A stretch of 64,000 nt of DNA from an uncultured delta proteobacterium. GTDB taxonomy: Bacteria > Desulfobacterota > Binatia > UBA9968. The notes beneath the pieces are model-generated. The model ran no database searches. It had not been told where the DNA came from and saw nothing but the letters and a program-made list of their open reading frames with translations. The stretch spans positions 160,001 to 224,000 of the forward strand of contig CAWFJP010000001.1 in assembly GCA_963816145.1 (NCBI GenBank), given 5' to 3'. The position numbers and the translations under genes are program-made. Below, piece by piece: positions 19,524 to 29,523 of the stretch (position 1 is its first letter; the number at the start of each line of letters is the position of its first letter).

Positions 19524-21284
19524 ATGCGGTTTTTGATTACCATCGCCCGGATGTATCCCGGACGGAGCGCGCTCACGCTGGTCGCGCTGTTATTTGCCAG
19601 CGTCGCGGAGGGGCTCAGTCTGCTCTTGCTGCTTCCATCGCTCAACCTGCTGACCAACGACGCCGCTCAAGGTCCCGGCAATGGGTTATCGGGGCTCGGA
19701 CACATGCTGACCGAAGCGCTCTCGGCAATTGGCGTAACGCCGACAGTCGGCGCTTTGCTGGGCATCATGGTCATCTGTCTTGCGCTCAAGGCGGTATTTT
19801 TGCTCCTGGCGAACGCCCAGGTCGGCTACACCGTTGCCCATGTCACGACCGACTTGCAACTCTCCCTGCTTCGCGCCTTGTTGGCTGCCCGGTGGGAGTT
19901 TTACGTGCGCCAACCTGTGGGCGGCCTGACCAATGCCATCGGCACCGAAGCGCTCCGGGCGTCACAGGCGTATCTTCAAGGCGCCAGGACTCTGGTGGCT
20001 CTCGTTCAAGCCATTGTCTTCGCGGGCGCGGCCTTTTTTCTTACGTGGAAGGGCGCCCTGCTATCCCTCGCGGCAGGAGGGATGGTCCTTTATGGGCTGC
20101 GCCGGCTCGTCCGCATGGCGCATCATGCCGGCATGCGCCAGACTCAACTGCTCAAGTCTCTCTTGACCCGATTGACCGACAGCCTTCAATCGGTCAAACC
20201 TCTGAAAGCAATGGCCCGTGAAGAACTGGTCGGCTCTCTTCTCAGATCAGAAAACAAGCGCTTGAATCGCGCGTTGCGTCAGGATGTGATCAGCACGGAG
20301 ACTCTGACCGCGGCTCAGGATTTCACGATTGGGCTGATCATCACCTCCGGTTTGTACGTGGCCCTGATTCAGTGGAAGCTGCCGTTCAACGCCGTGCTCG
20401 TCATGATTCTGGTCCTTACGCGCTCGATTGTATATATGGGAAAGACCCAGCGGCAATATCAAAAAATGAAGTCCTATGAGAGCGCCTTCTGGTCGTTGCA
20501 GGCCGTCATTGAAGACACCAGCCGCGCCCGCGAAACGAATCCAGAGGGCGCTTCTCCCCGCCTTGAGCACTCGGTTCGCCTGAACAATGTCAGTTTCGGC
20601 TATGGAAAAGTATCTGTGCTTGGGAATGCGTCGCTCACCGTCCCGGCGGGTTCATTCACTGCCATCATGGGGCCGTCGGGAGCGGGGAAAACCACGATCG
20701 CCGATCTGATCATCGGCCTGCTCCGTCCACAGCAAGGCGAAATACTGATTGATAATGTGTCATTGGAGCAGATTGACCTCAGGCAGTGGCGCAGGATGAT
20801 CGGCTACGTGCCGCAGGAATCTTTCCTGCTGCACGAGACGGTCCTGTGGAACGTGACGCTTGGCGATCCGGAGGTGAACGAGGCCGACGCCGAGGCTGCG
20901 CTGCGCGCCGCCGGGGCATGGGAATTCGTCGCGGAACTGCCGCAGCAAATACACAGCTCGGTGGCGGAGCGCGGTATGGCGCTCTCAGGCGGCCAGCGAC
21001 AGCGTATCGCGATCGCGAGGGCGTTGGCTCGCCGCCCCAAGCTGCTGATCCTCGATGAGGTCACAAGCTCGCTCGACCCGCAGACCGAGGCGGCAATTTG
21101 CCAAACGTTGCAAAGCCTTCGAGGTCAGCTGACCATCTTGGCGATCTCGCACCAGCCCGCCGTCGTCGAAGCCGCCGATAGAATTTACCAGATACAGAGC
21201 GGCGAGGTTATTTTAGTCCGCGATGGCCGTGAGTTGGATCTCGTCTCCGGCCAGTTACAAAAGTTACGCAGCGCCCAAACATAG
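19524..21284 (+). CDS. ABC exporter, fused TMD-ATPase (MsbA-like flippase candidate)
   Basis: Multiple TM helices, GPSGAGKT, LSGGQRQR, ILDE. Confidence 0.9.
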   Translation: MRFLITIARMYPGRSALTLVALLFASVAEGLSLLLLLPSLNLLTNDAAQGPGNGLSGLGHMLTEALSAIGVTPTVGALLGIMVICLALKAVFLLLANAQVGYTVAHVTTDLQLSLLRALLAARWEFYVRQPVGGLTNAIGTEALRASQAYLQGARTLVALVQAIVFAGAAFFLTWKGALLSLAAGGMVLYGLRRLVRMAHHAGMRQTQLLKSLLTRLTDSLQSVKPLKAMAREELVGSLLRSENKRLNRALRQDVISTETLTAAQDFTIGLIITSGLYVALIQWKLPFNAVLVMILVLTRSIVYMGKTQRQYQKMKSYESAFWSLQAVIEDTSRARETNPEGASPRLEHSVRLNNVSFGYGKVSVLGNASLTVPAGSFTAIMGPSGAGKTTIADLIIGLLRPQQGEILIDNVSLEQIDLRQWRRMIGYVPQESFLLHETVLWNVTLGDPEVNEADAEAALRAAGAWEFVAELPQQIHSSVAERGMALSGGQRQRIAIARALARRPKLLILDEVTSSLDPQTEAAICQTLQSLRGQLTILAISHQPAVVEAADRIYQIQSGEVILVRDGRELDLVSGQLQKLRSAQT

Positions 21285-21368
21285 GGGAACGGCCGATCGA
21301 GCCGCGCCGTTGTTTTAACACGGGCCTGGATCGCCGTTCAAAATTGGGGATGCTATTTTTCTACTTGG

Positions 21369-22601
21369 TTGGATAGAAGAGTTTTCCCCATACCGTTGAA
21401 GAAGACCGGGAAGGAAGTGAACATTGCCGTGAGCGCTGGCGACGCGCTCGGTCCACCGACCGACACCCCTCAGCGGCCGCGGGTTTGGGTGCTCCTCAGC
21501 GACCGCGCCGGCGACAACGCGCAATTATTGCGGCTCGCCGAAGCGCTAGGCTGGCGCTTCGAAACAAAGCGCATTCGTTACAACCGGCTCAATCGGTGCC
21601 CGAACCTGCTGCTAGGTGCCTCGAAGCTCGCCGTGGATACTCGGCGCTCCGATCCATTAGCGCCACCGTGGCCAGATCTGGTGATCGGCGCCTCACGCCG
21701 TGCCGCGCCTCTGGCGCGCTGGATCAAGAAGCAATCGGGCGGGCGCAGCCGCTTGGTGCACCTGCTGCACGCTCAGGCGCCCTTGCATTATTTCGATTTG
21801 GTGGTAACCACGCCGCAGTACCGCCTGCCTGAGCGGTCCAACGTGTTGCACAACCTGTTGCCCTTGAACGCTGCGCAGCCGGAAGTTCTGGAATCGTCGG
21901 TGGCGCAATGGCGCGGGCGGCTGGAGCATCTGTCGCGACCCTGGATCGCGGTGCTGGTGGGAGGCAATAGCTCCAGCTACCGACTGGACGCGTTCACGGC
22001 GAGCCAACTCGGGCAGTTCGCCAGCCGCACGGCGCGTGAAACCGGCGGGAGCCTTCTTATCAGCAGCAGCTCGCGCACACCGCCGGATGCCGCTGATGCG
22101 CTGTTGGCCGCGGTACAAGTCCCTGCTTACGTCTACCGGTGGCAGTCGACGAACAAGGACGAAAATCCATATCTAGCTTATCTCGCGCTCGCCGACCGCT
22201 TCATCGTCACCGCCGATAGCGCGTCGATGCTCGCGGAAGCCTGCTCCACCGGTCGTCGGGTCGATTTGTTCGATTGGACGCCCCGCAGACAACCGAAGCG
22301 GCTGCTCCGCGCGTTTCCTGGATCACAACGGATTGAAGAGACCTTGATCCACTGGGGCGTCATCAGACCGAAACGCGATTTTCAGGCGCTTCATCGCGGA
22401 TTGATTGAACGTGGGCTCTTGTGCTCTCCCGGTCAGGAGCAATCGCTGCAACCCGCAAAGTCGGACGATCTTGCGCGCGCTGTGAGCAGAATACGCCGGC
22501 TCATGGGCGAAGGGGAGAGCGAGCGGGCTCCTACAGAGCCCCAATACCAAGTAGGAGATTACAGCCCCAAAGCCCACCACCGCCTGAATAGGCCGTCATA
22601 G
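21369..22601 (+). CDS. ELM1/GtrOC1 family putative glycosyltransferase
   Basis: RAGDNAQ, PPWPDLVI, LVGG, SSRT, NPYLAYLALADRFIVTADSASMLAEA; start uncertain. Confidence 0.85.
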   Translation: MDRRVFPIPLKKTGKEVNIAVSAGDALGPPTDTPQRPRVWVLLSDRAGDNAQLLRLAEALGWRFETKRIRYNRLNRCPNLLLGASKLAVDTRRSDPLAPPWPDLVIGASRRAAPLARWIKKQSGGRSRLVHLLHAQAPLHYFDLVVTTPQYRLPERSNVLHNLLPLNAAQPEVLESSVAQWRGRLEHLSRPWIAVLVGGNSSSYRLDAFTASQLGQFASRTARETGGSLLISSSSRTPPDAADALLAAVQVPAYVYRWQSTNKDENPYLAYLALADRFIVTADSASMLAEACSTGRRVDLFDWTPRRQPKRLLRAFPGSQRIEETLIHWGVIRPKRDFQALHRGLIERGLLCSPGQEQSLQPAKSDDLARAVSRIRRLMGEGESERAPTEPQYQVGDYSPKAHHRLNRPS

Positions 22602-22699
22602 GCGGTCATAAAATCGCTGTAACGGATCCACCCGCTGCGCGATGCGCAGGAAATGAAAAAACACCGGCGGACTAGCCGTCCTTCTCGATCACGATAGTT

Positions 22700-23050
22700 A
22701 CCGTTTTGCGGAGTGCCGACGAGCCGAGCCGCGACCGAACCGAAATAGCGGTCGAGATCGATGTGCTGCATCTTGAGACATGCGGCCGTCTGCGTGATGA
22801 ACTCGTGGCTCTTGATCCACGAGTGGAACCGATTCCATGCGGAGTTCTGCGCGAGAAGGCGGCCGTAGTTCTTCGAAGCGAACTTCTCGGACAAGCTCAG
22901 CCTGTAGTCAAATTTCGGCAGCACGGTGAAGAGATCGGGTGTCGGAAACGTTCGGGTCAGCTCGTCGCAGAGCGCCGGGGCCGTCTCGGGGCCCAGCGCG
23001 ATCAGCGAATACGGTTCGTAACGGACGTGGGACGGGACGAAGCTCAGCAT
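22700..23050 (-). pseudogene. Truncated N-terminal fragment, possibly of an oxygenase
   Basis: Coding-like for ~110 aa (YEPY..ELTRTFP..LSLSEK), then loses coherence and runs into the convergent gene. Confidence 0.35.
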
Positions 23051-23241
23051 CGGAGTCTAGCCCGCACTCTTATCGGACATTGCCCGCTGCGAAGTTGGGA
23101 TGGGAGCCAGTCCTTACTCTCTGCCGCTTGTCAGGTTCTCCAGGTCGGGCGGCAGGCGGGCGGCAGGATAAATAAGAGTTCCGGCGGGTCACCACTTAGA
23201 AAAAAAATTCCTATCATCTCATTTGATTCTTGTCATCCATT

Positions 23242-24510
23242 TTATTCCGCGGCTGACTGCGGCGGCGGATGAGTCTTTCGAATCTCCTCGGCCACCTCGG
23301 CCGCAACCACCGCGTGACCAGCCGGTGTCAGATGCACGTTGGTCCGAAAGTAGAGCGGCCGGGTTGACGGTAGCTTCGCGGCAGCGCGTTGCAGCGCCGA
23401 CGTGAGATCGCGATACACGAAGCCTGCCTCCCCCGCCTTGCGCGCGAAATAGCCGCGCTGACGATCGCTGAACTCGGTCACCGTCCGCTCGACACCGGCG
23501 TCGTGGAAATGCGCCTGGTGCCGGTATGCCGTATAAGCCGACGGGATGTAGACGACGATCGGCGTGAAGCCGTGCTCGCGACCCAGAGCGACGAGACCTC
23601 GCAGCGGCGGTTCGAAGAGGTCTAGAGTGACCTCGTCGCGCGCCAGCGCACGGGCATAGGTGACTTCATCGAGATCGCCGTTGCGTGAGTTAAACGTTAC
23701 CGTGTTGCCGTCCGGAAAGCGGATGTCGTAGCGGAAGTCGATCTCCTTCTTGCCGCGGTTGTACGCGAACCGCCAGATGCCGGAGAGCGCCAGGTTGAAG
23801 CCATAGCTGTGGCGTCCGAGGAACCCATGTTTCAGCCGTTCGTGCCAGGCGCAGAGCCTGTCCGACGCGATGGGGCAGGTGTGCTGGGCCTTCGACGCAC
23901 GGGCTTCCTGGAAGTGCACCGCATCGCGCAGGTCGTTGCCTTCGTAGACGGCGACGACAACGAAGCGCGGACGTTTGGCGAGCGCAAAGGCTTTCAAGGT
24001 CTGCACGTACTCGTACAACCCTCGACTCGGCATGCCGAAATTATAGACCCGCAGCCCCGTGCGCTCGGCCAGCACCGCCGGCCATGCGTCGGCGGGGGCG
24101 ACGCCGAAGCAGAATGTGAAAGAGTCGCCGATCGCGGCGACGTCGAGGCGCTCGAGCTTTTCGTAAGCGGCGGCATTGGCGTTGCAAAAGCCGGCGTTGT
24201 CCATGCGTCTGGTGTCGACGATGCCGGCCTCGTCGAACGACTCGGTGACCTCGACACCCGGCTTGTAGATCCACATGCGGTCCGCCGGACCACCGTCGTC
24301 ACGCGGCACGAGGACCGTGTCTTCAAAGCGTTGGAGCTTGCGCTGCTTGGCGATTGCCGAACGCAGCGTGGGCTCGAACTCGATGAGCAGATTCAGCGGG
24401 ATAGCGCTCGGGACGAGCCGCAACGCCAGCTCGAGAGGAGCAACGAACGCGAAGGTGACGACCGCCGCCAGGATGATGAAGCGCATCAGGCGCATTTCCC
24501 GTCCGTCCAA
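23242..24510 (-). CDS. Membrane-anchored SGNH/GDSL protein (AlgJ/AlgX-like)
   Basis: N-terminal TM ending ELALR, GDSFT, GND, HLTPAGH. Confidence 0.8.
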   Translation of the reverse strand: MDGREMRLMRFIILAAVVTFAFVAPLELALRLVPSAIPLNLLIEFEPTLRSAIAKQRKLQRFEDTVLVPRDDGGPADRMWIYKPGVEVTESFDEAGIVDTRRMDNAGFCNANAAAYEKLERLDVAAIGDSFTFCFGVAPADAWPAVLAERTGLRVYNFGMPSRGLYEYVQTLKAFALAKRPRFVVVAVYEGNDLRDAVHFQEARASKAQHTCPIASDRLCAWHERLKHGFLGRHSYGFNLALSGIWRFAYNRGKKEIDFRYDIRFPDGNTVTFNSRNGDLDEVTYARALARDEVTLDLFEPPLRGLVALGREHGFTPIVVYIPSAYTAYRHQAHFHDAGVERTVTEFSDRQRGYFARKAGEAGFVYRDLTSALQRAAAKLPSTRPLYFRTNVHLTPAGHAVVAAEVAEEIRKTHPPPQSAAE

Positions 24511-24609
24511 TCCGAAACGCCCCCTGCCCCCTCCATGGCGACCGGATTAACGCATCGCATGACCGCTTTTGCATTCGTTTTGTCTCTGGGAATATCGGCG
24601 TCCTTGGGG

Positions 24610-25731
24610 CTATATTTTGGCAATTGCACTGCGCCATAATCGCATCGGATCATCACCGCGCCTTGCCGCGAGGCGGGCGCCGCGCAAGAGATCGCGGAGC
24701 GCAGTAAAATATCCCGGACAGCAGGTCCTGCGGTAGGGCGAGTCTTCGGGAAGCGCGTTCATGAGACGCCGATGGGCCTTTCCCAGGGCGTGATAGGGTA
24801 GTGAAGGGAAGAGATGATGCAGGCCATGATAGCGCAACCCCACCGGGAATAGCAGCAACGTGACCAACGAGCTGCGAACGATGTTAATGGACTCCTCAAC
24901 TTGCTCTGCGAAAGTCATTTCGCCTCCCATATTCGCGTACCGGTGCGCCGCCAGGTTCCGAACCCAGTTCAGCGCGATCGAATAGGTCGACAAGCAATAG
25001 AAAAGTCCGACCATCGTCCAAGTAAGGAATCCCTTTAGAACCAAAATAAGAATCACGGCCAACCACAAGAAGCAGACCACGTCCAGTGCAATCCAGAGAC
25101 GCTGAGGTTCGGTAGGCGGGATGGTGCGGCGGTAGTATGGGTTGATCGCATAGGAAGATGCGCGCTCGAGCAGCCATCGCCGGAGGCAGGGATGGAGAAA
25201 AGACAGCGGTACCGCGACGAGGAAGCGGACGATTGCCAGGAGAGGCAAAATGGGGACCTGCGCAAAATACAACACAATTTCTCGGGTCGGCGCCGATGCC
25301 AGGGGCAGATATTCGCCATCTGCCGGAGTTCCATGCTTGCGCGGGTTGTGGTGATCGAGATGATTGCTGTAAAGGAGTGAGTGCATCAGCAAAGGCACTC
25401 CGCAAACAACATTCCAGGCAACGCGAAAGCCTACCATCGTCCGCCCCGACATGTGAACAATCTCGTGGATGAAGGTCCCCACCCGGAATAGGGCGGCTCC
25501 GGACAGTAAAAATGCGGCGACCTGAATCAGCGAGAAGGGCGGCGCCATGATATATATAGCAGCAGAACCGTAGGCGACGGATACCGTGATCAAAAAGTCA
25601 GCCCAATAAAGCAAGGGCTTGGGCACGAAAAGATCCTGAATAAGCTCCTTCGTCTGCCGGAGTGAAAAGGTCTGGGACGCCGGCCCAGTGGCAGGCGATC
25701 GGCCGCATTGGAGATTGGTTGATGAATTCAC
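24610..25731 (-). CDS. Membrane fatty-acid desaturase family protein
   Basis: His boxes HEIVH, HLDHH, HGLHH; TM segments. Confidence 0.88.
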   Translation of the reverse strand: MNSSTNLQCGRSPATGPASQTFSLRQTKELIQDLFVPKPLLYWADFLITVSVAYGSAAIYIMAPPFSLIQVAAFLLSGAALFRVGTFIHEIVHMSGRTMVGFRVAWNVVCGVPLLMHSLLYSNHLDHHNPRKHGTPADGEYLPLASAPTREIVLYFAQVPILPLLAIVRFLVAVPLSFLHPCLRRWLLERASSYAINPYYRRTIPPTEPQRLWIALDVVCFLWLAVILILVLKGFLTWTMVGLFYCLSTYSIALNWVRNLAAHRYANMGGEMTFAEQVEESINIVRSSLVTLLLFPVGLRYHGLHHLFPSLPYHALGKAHRRLMNALPEDSPYRRTCCPGYFTALRDLLRGARLAARRGDDPMRLWRSAIAKI

Positions 25732-25924
25732 CTGGCGCTATTTCCTAAATCCATTGTATTCAGAATGTTCAAACGCTTGCCCTTCAGATAAGCATATCAT
25801 GCTGCAAGTCTTAAAAATTAAAAGCAGAAGTATCGGCACAGGTGCTTATGTCGTACTATATTCACGCGTCCATAGTCAAAGTCCGGGGGATCGACGGATA
25901 ATCCGCGACGACGCTGCGGCTTCA

Positions 25925-26989
25925 TCACAGCCGCCGATACAGCCAAACCGCGATACCAAGCATCACTGCCACTGGGCTCAGAGTTACCAGCGGCGCCGGC
26001 AGATGAAGCAAAGATCCAAGCTGGATCGTCAGCTGACTGCCGGCATGAAAAGTGGCGCCGATTAAGCCTCCGTGCAGCATGCGCTTACCGGCGCTTACCT
26101 GGCGAATCGGGCCGAGCACGTACGGAATGGCGAGAATCACCATCGCCAGCGTCGACAGCGGCATGCTGATAGATTGCCAGAGTGTAAGTTCAGGACGTTC
26201 GGCGGCAAGACCGGCCCGCTTGAGGTATTGTACGTATTCGTACAACTCCGAAGGCGAAAGCTTCTCCACCGGCAACATGATTTTAGTGATTTGGTCCGGC
26301 GTAAACGGGGAGTCCCACGGTAACCGGGCAAATCGCTCAGTAAAAATCTTGTTTTCCGTAATGATTTGCTGACGCACGTCGTGAAGCACCCACCGGTTTG
26401 AGTCCTGAATAACGGCCTCCCTCGCCCATGCCACGAGACGAAGCGCTCCATTGTTGTCGAAATGATAAATTTCGATTTCAGAGGGGATTCGACCATGAAG
26501 CAAGCGGCGTACATGCACCACACGTTGGCCATTGCGCGACCAGAACCCCCCCCGGGTATTCGTGGATTCCATGCTGGAAATCGCCTGAGTGCGGCGCTCA
26601 AAAGCCAATTGGTCCAACTTCGGCGCCACGAACTCCTGCAAGCCCACAACCGCAAGCATCACTAGAAGCCCGGTTTTCAGCACCGACCAAGCAATGCGCG
26701 CCTGGGAGACGCCGAGGGCTTGCATGGCGGTAAGCTCTTCGCCGGCCGCTAATTCTCCCAACCCGACGATCGCTCCCAAGAGCGCCATGGCTGGTGACAG
26801 CTCCACAATCCACCGCGGCAACGTCAACAGGACATACAACGCCGCATCGGAAGTCTTGTACGTCCCCTTGCCTACGCTATCCAGTTCGTGTACGAGTGCG
26901 ATCAGGCTGAACGCGGAGACCAGGATCACCACGATTAGTGCGTAGCCTCTAAAAACCCTTCTCGCGATGTATCGATCAAGTAAACGCAT
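25925..26989 (-). CDS. lptG: LptG-like permease (cluster-specific paralog)
   Basis: LLDRYI, ELTAMQALGVS, TM/jellyroll/TM layout; downstream of lptF. Confidence 0.85.
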   Translation of the reverse strand: MRLLDRYIARRVFRGYALIVVILVSAFSLIALVHELDSVGKGTYKTSDAALYVLLTLPRWIVELSPAMALLGAIVGLGELAAGEELTAMQALGVSQARIAWSVLKTGLLVMLAVVGLQEFVAPKLDQLAFERRTQAISSMESTNTRGGFWSRNGQRVVHVRRLLHGRIPSEIEIYHFDNNGALRLVAWAREAVIQDSNRWVLHDVRQQIITENKIFTERFARLPWDSPFTPDQITKIMLPVEKLSPSELYEYVQYLKRAGLAAERPELTLWQSISMPLSTLAMVILAIPYVLGPIRQVSAGKRMLHGGLIGATFHAGSQLTIQLGSLLHLPAPLVTLSPVAVMLGIAVWLYRRL

Positions 26990-27001
26990 ACTTGCTTGTA
27001 G

Positions 27002-28198
27002 CTAGCCCCGAGATACGGGCGTTGCGGTCCTTTGCTGCGCTGGCCCCGGCCGGTTCCAAAGCAGTCCGACAACCAGGAGCGCCAGCAGGAGATCCGGCCA
27101 CCAGAGACCCGGGATCGGCTTTACGACGCCTTGTTCCACCCAGGTTTTGGCGATTAGCTGCAGGTTGTAAAACACCGCATAACTCACAGCCGATATGAAT
27201 AACTTGGCGTACTTGCCTTCGCGCGGCCTTGCGCGGCTAAGCGGGAAACCGAGCAATCCCATAAGAAACGCGAAGACCGGCGTAGATAGGCGCCATTGCA
27301 ACTCTGCGATATCGGGGGACGCGAGCGAATGCGCCAACTGCCAGGTAGGCGCCGCTTTGCGTTTATAGCCGATCGGCACATCATCGGGATTGTCCAGCTT
27401 GACGACAAGCTCTGGGCTGACCGTCCACGACATACCATCCTGACTCGATGAAAGGTCGTAGGAGCGCGCCCGAATACACACTAAAAATCCCCCGGCACGC
27501 CCGTCGTCCCGTGGCTGATGAAAGGCTTCGTCCGCCGACACGATGGTTACGGTGTCGCCCGAAATTGTTTGCATAAACACCCGCTGCATACGGCTGGAGT
27601 CTGGATCAATAGCTTGAAAAAACAGCACACGATTTCCGGACGGGTTTTCATAGAAATGCCCCGGTTTCAAATCGGCGAAATTGAACTCGGCGACGGCTTG
27701 CCGCTCAAGCAAATAGCGCAGTCCGTTTGCCCAAGGACGCATGTACAATGTAAGGCAAGCCATCAGAAGCGCGACTAGCAGCGATACCACAGCGACGACG
27801 CGAAAAATCCGCATGGGACTTATGCCGCAGGCAAAAAATGCCGTCATTTCGGAATCCGTATAGAGCCGGCTCAGACCGACGACAACCGAAATGTGAAAGC
27901 CGATCGGCAGGAGGATCTCCAAGGCCATGGCCAACCCGAGCAGGAGTAGCGGGAGGACAGCATCGGCCGGCAGCAAACCGCTGGCAACCAGGTTCAAGTA
28001 CCGGATGGCCGTAAAGTTGGCGAAGAGAAATAAGAGCGCTGGGCAGAAAATCAGCAGGGGCTTGGAAATTTCTCCAGCGATGTATCGATCGACGGTCGAT
28101 GTGAAAGTACTGGGGAACGTCGGGCTGGGTTTTGTCCGTGCGAACTTTCCATCGTCGCGTGACGAATGTCTCTTGGTGCGGGCCAGTAATTCAATCAC
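27002..28198 (-). CDS. lptF: LptF-like permease (cluster-specific paralog)
   Basis: VDRYI, LSRLYTDSEM, AELQWRLSTP, PREGKY. Confidence 0.87.
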   Translation of the reverse strand: MIELLARTKRHSSRDDGKFARTKPSPTFPSTFTSTVDRYIAGEISKPLLIFCPALLFLFANFTAIRYLNLVASGLLPADAVLPLLLLGLAMALEILLPIGFHISVVVGLSRLYTDSEMTAFFACGISPMRIFRVVAVVSLLVALLMACLTLYMRPWANGLRYLLERQAVAEFNFADLKPGHFYENPSGNRVLFFQAIDPDSSRMQRVFMQTISGDTVTIVSADEAFHQPRDDGRAGGFLVCIRARSYDLSSSQDGMSWTVSPELVVKLDNPDDVPIGYKRKAAPTWQLAHSLASPDIAELQWRLSTPVFAFLMGLLGFPLSRARPREGKYAKLFISAVSYAVFYNLQLIAKTWVEQGVVKPIPGLWWPDLLLALLVVGLLWNRPGPAQQRTATPVSRG

Positions 28199-28540
28199 GG
28201 TGATCGGTGCACGGAAATACTTATTCTATCTTGCTTGCTTTCGATGCGACTGCGCACGAGTATAGCGGAATATAGCGCTAGCGTCCGGCTTTGCCAATCA
28301 TGGCTCAAAACCGATGCCGGTTTTACTGCAAAACGTCCACTGAGAAGAGAAGGACTATCGCTAGCAGCTGTCTTCTATCCTCAACAGTTGTTTTTTAATT
28401 GTTTTTTCTTGATTCCGGCGCGGTTTTCTCTTATTAGCTAGACAATTTGCTTCAACCTGGCGCACCACCTACAACACAGAGGCAGGGGCAAGTGCTCATG
28501 CCAAAAGGAATAACACGATGGCTATCAGTGTAAGCTCGTT

Positions 28541-29329
28541 ATGAAAGCGATTGTCCTAAACGCAGGCTATGGGAGTCGTTTGCGACCCAACACCGAGGAG
28601 CTTCCCAAATGCCTTCTGCCGGTCGACGCAGACCGTCCGGTGCTTGAGCTGCAACTGCGTACCCTCGCGCGATGTGGGATTCGACACGTCACTATCATGA
28701 TTGGCTATGGGGCCGAAAAGATTGAACACTTTCTTACCACGCACCCCATCGCGTCTCTGACAGTTCAAACTAGTTATAATCCTTTCTTTGCTACGACGAA
28801 TACGGCCGTGACCTGCTGGCTGGCAATTCGCGACATGACCGAAGATTTTGTTTTGGTCAATGGTGACACCCTCTTTGACGCAGAAATTTTACGTCGGGTG
28901 TTGGCCGCGCCGGAGGCCCCACTCGTCATGGCGATCGATCAAAAAGCCAGTTACGACGCTGACGATATGAAAGTTATGCTCACCAACCATGGACGGCTGA
29001 AAGCGGTCGGGAAATCCCTTCCAGAGTCGAAAATCGATGGCGAATCGATCGGCCTAATGGCATTTCGCGCTGACGGCGGCGCGGCTTTTCGTTCCGCGCT
29101 CGAAACAGCGGTCCGGGAACCTGAGACTTTGCGGCTGTGGTATCACGATGTCATTAGCCGGATGGCCTCTACACTGCAAGTGAACACCGTCCTCATCAAA
29201 GGCCTGTGGTGGAGAGAAATTGATACTCCTCAGGACCTTGCGGAAGTTCGTGCTTCGTTTGCGCGCCGAGAGTCGACGAGTGGGTTCCGTGACTTGCCTA
29301 GGATCAATACTGTTCCGCTCAAAGTTTGA
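28541..29329 (+). CDS. NTP transferase (LicC / phosphocholine cytidylyltransferase-like)
   Basis: AGYGSRL, PKCLL, NGDTLF, DGESIGL, WREIDTPQDL. Confidence 0.85.
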   Translation: MKAIVLNAGYGSRLRPNTEELPKCLLPVDADRPVLELQLRTLARCGIRHVTIMIGYGAEKIEHFLTTHPIASLTVQTSYNPFFATTNTAVTCWLAIRDMTEDFVLVNGDTLFDAEILRRVLAAPEAPLVMAIDQKASYDADDMKVMLTNHGRLKAVGKSLPESKIDGESIGLMAFRADGGAAFRSALETAVREPETLRLWYHDVISRMASTLQVNTVLIKGLWWREIDTPQDLAEVRASFARRESTSGFRDLPRINTVPLKV

Positions 29330-29523
29330 ACGTGCCCCACGCTCGCGCGAATCAATTTCAAATTCGAGCATTGCCTTGCCGCTTGCAACCATGAGCTTTG
29401 AATCATGCTCTCACGTTGCTTGAGCGCGTCTTGTGCTGTTGCCATCATTCTGACTCGCGCTGGATTGTGTCGACTTGAACCGCGCGCCCCAAATGCTGAG
29501 CGCCGCTGCGCGCCGGAGGTCAC

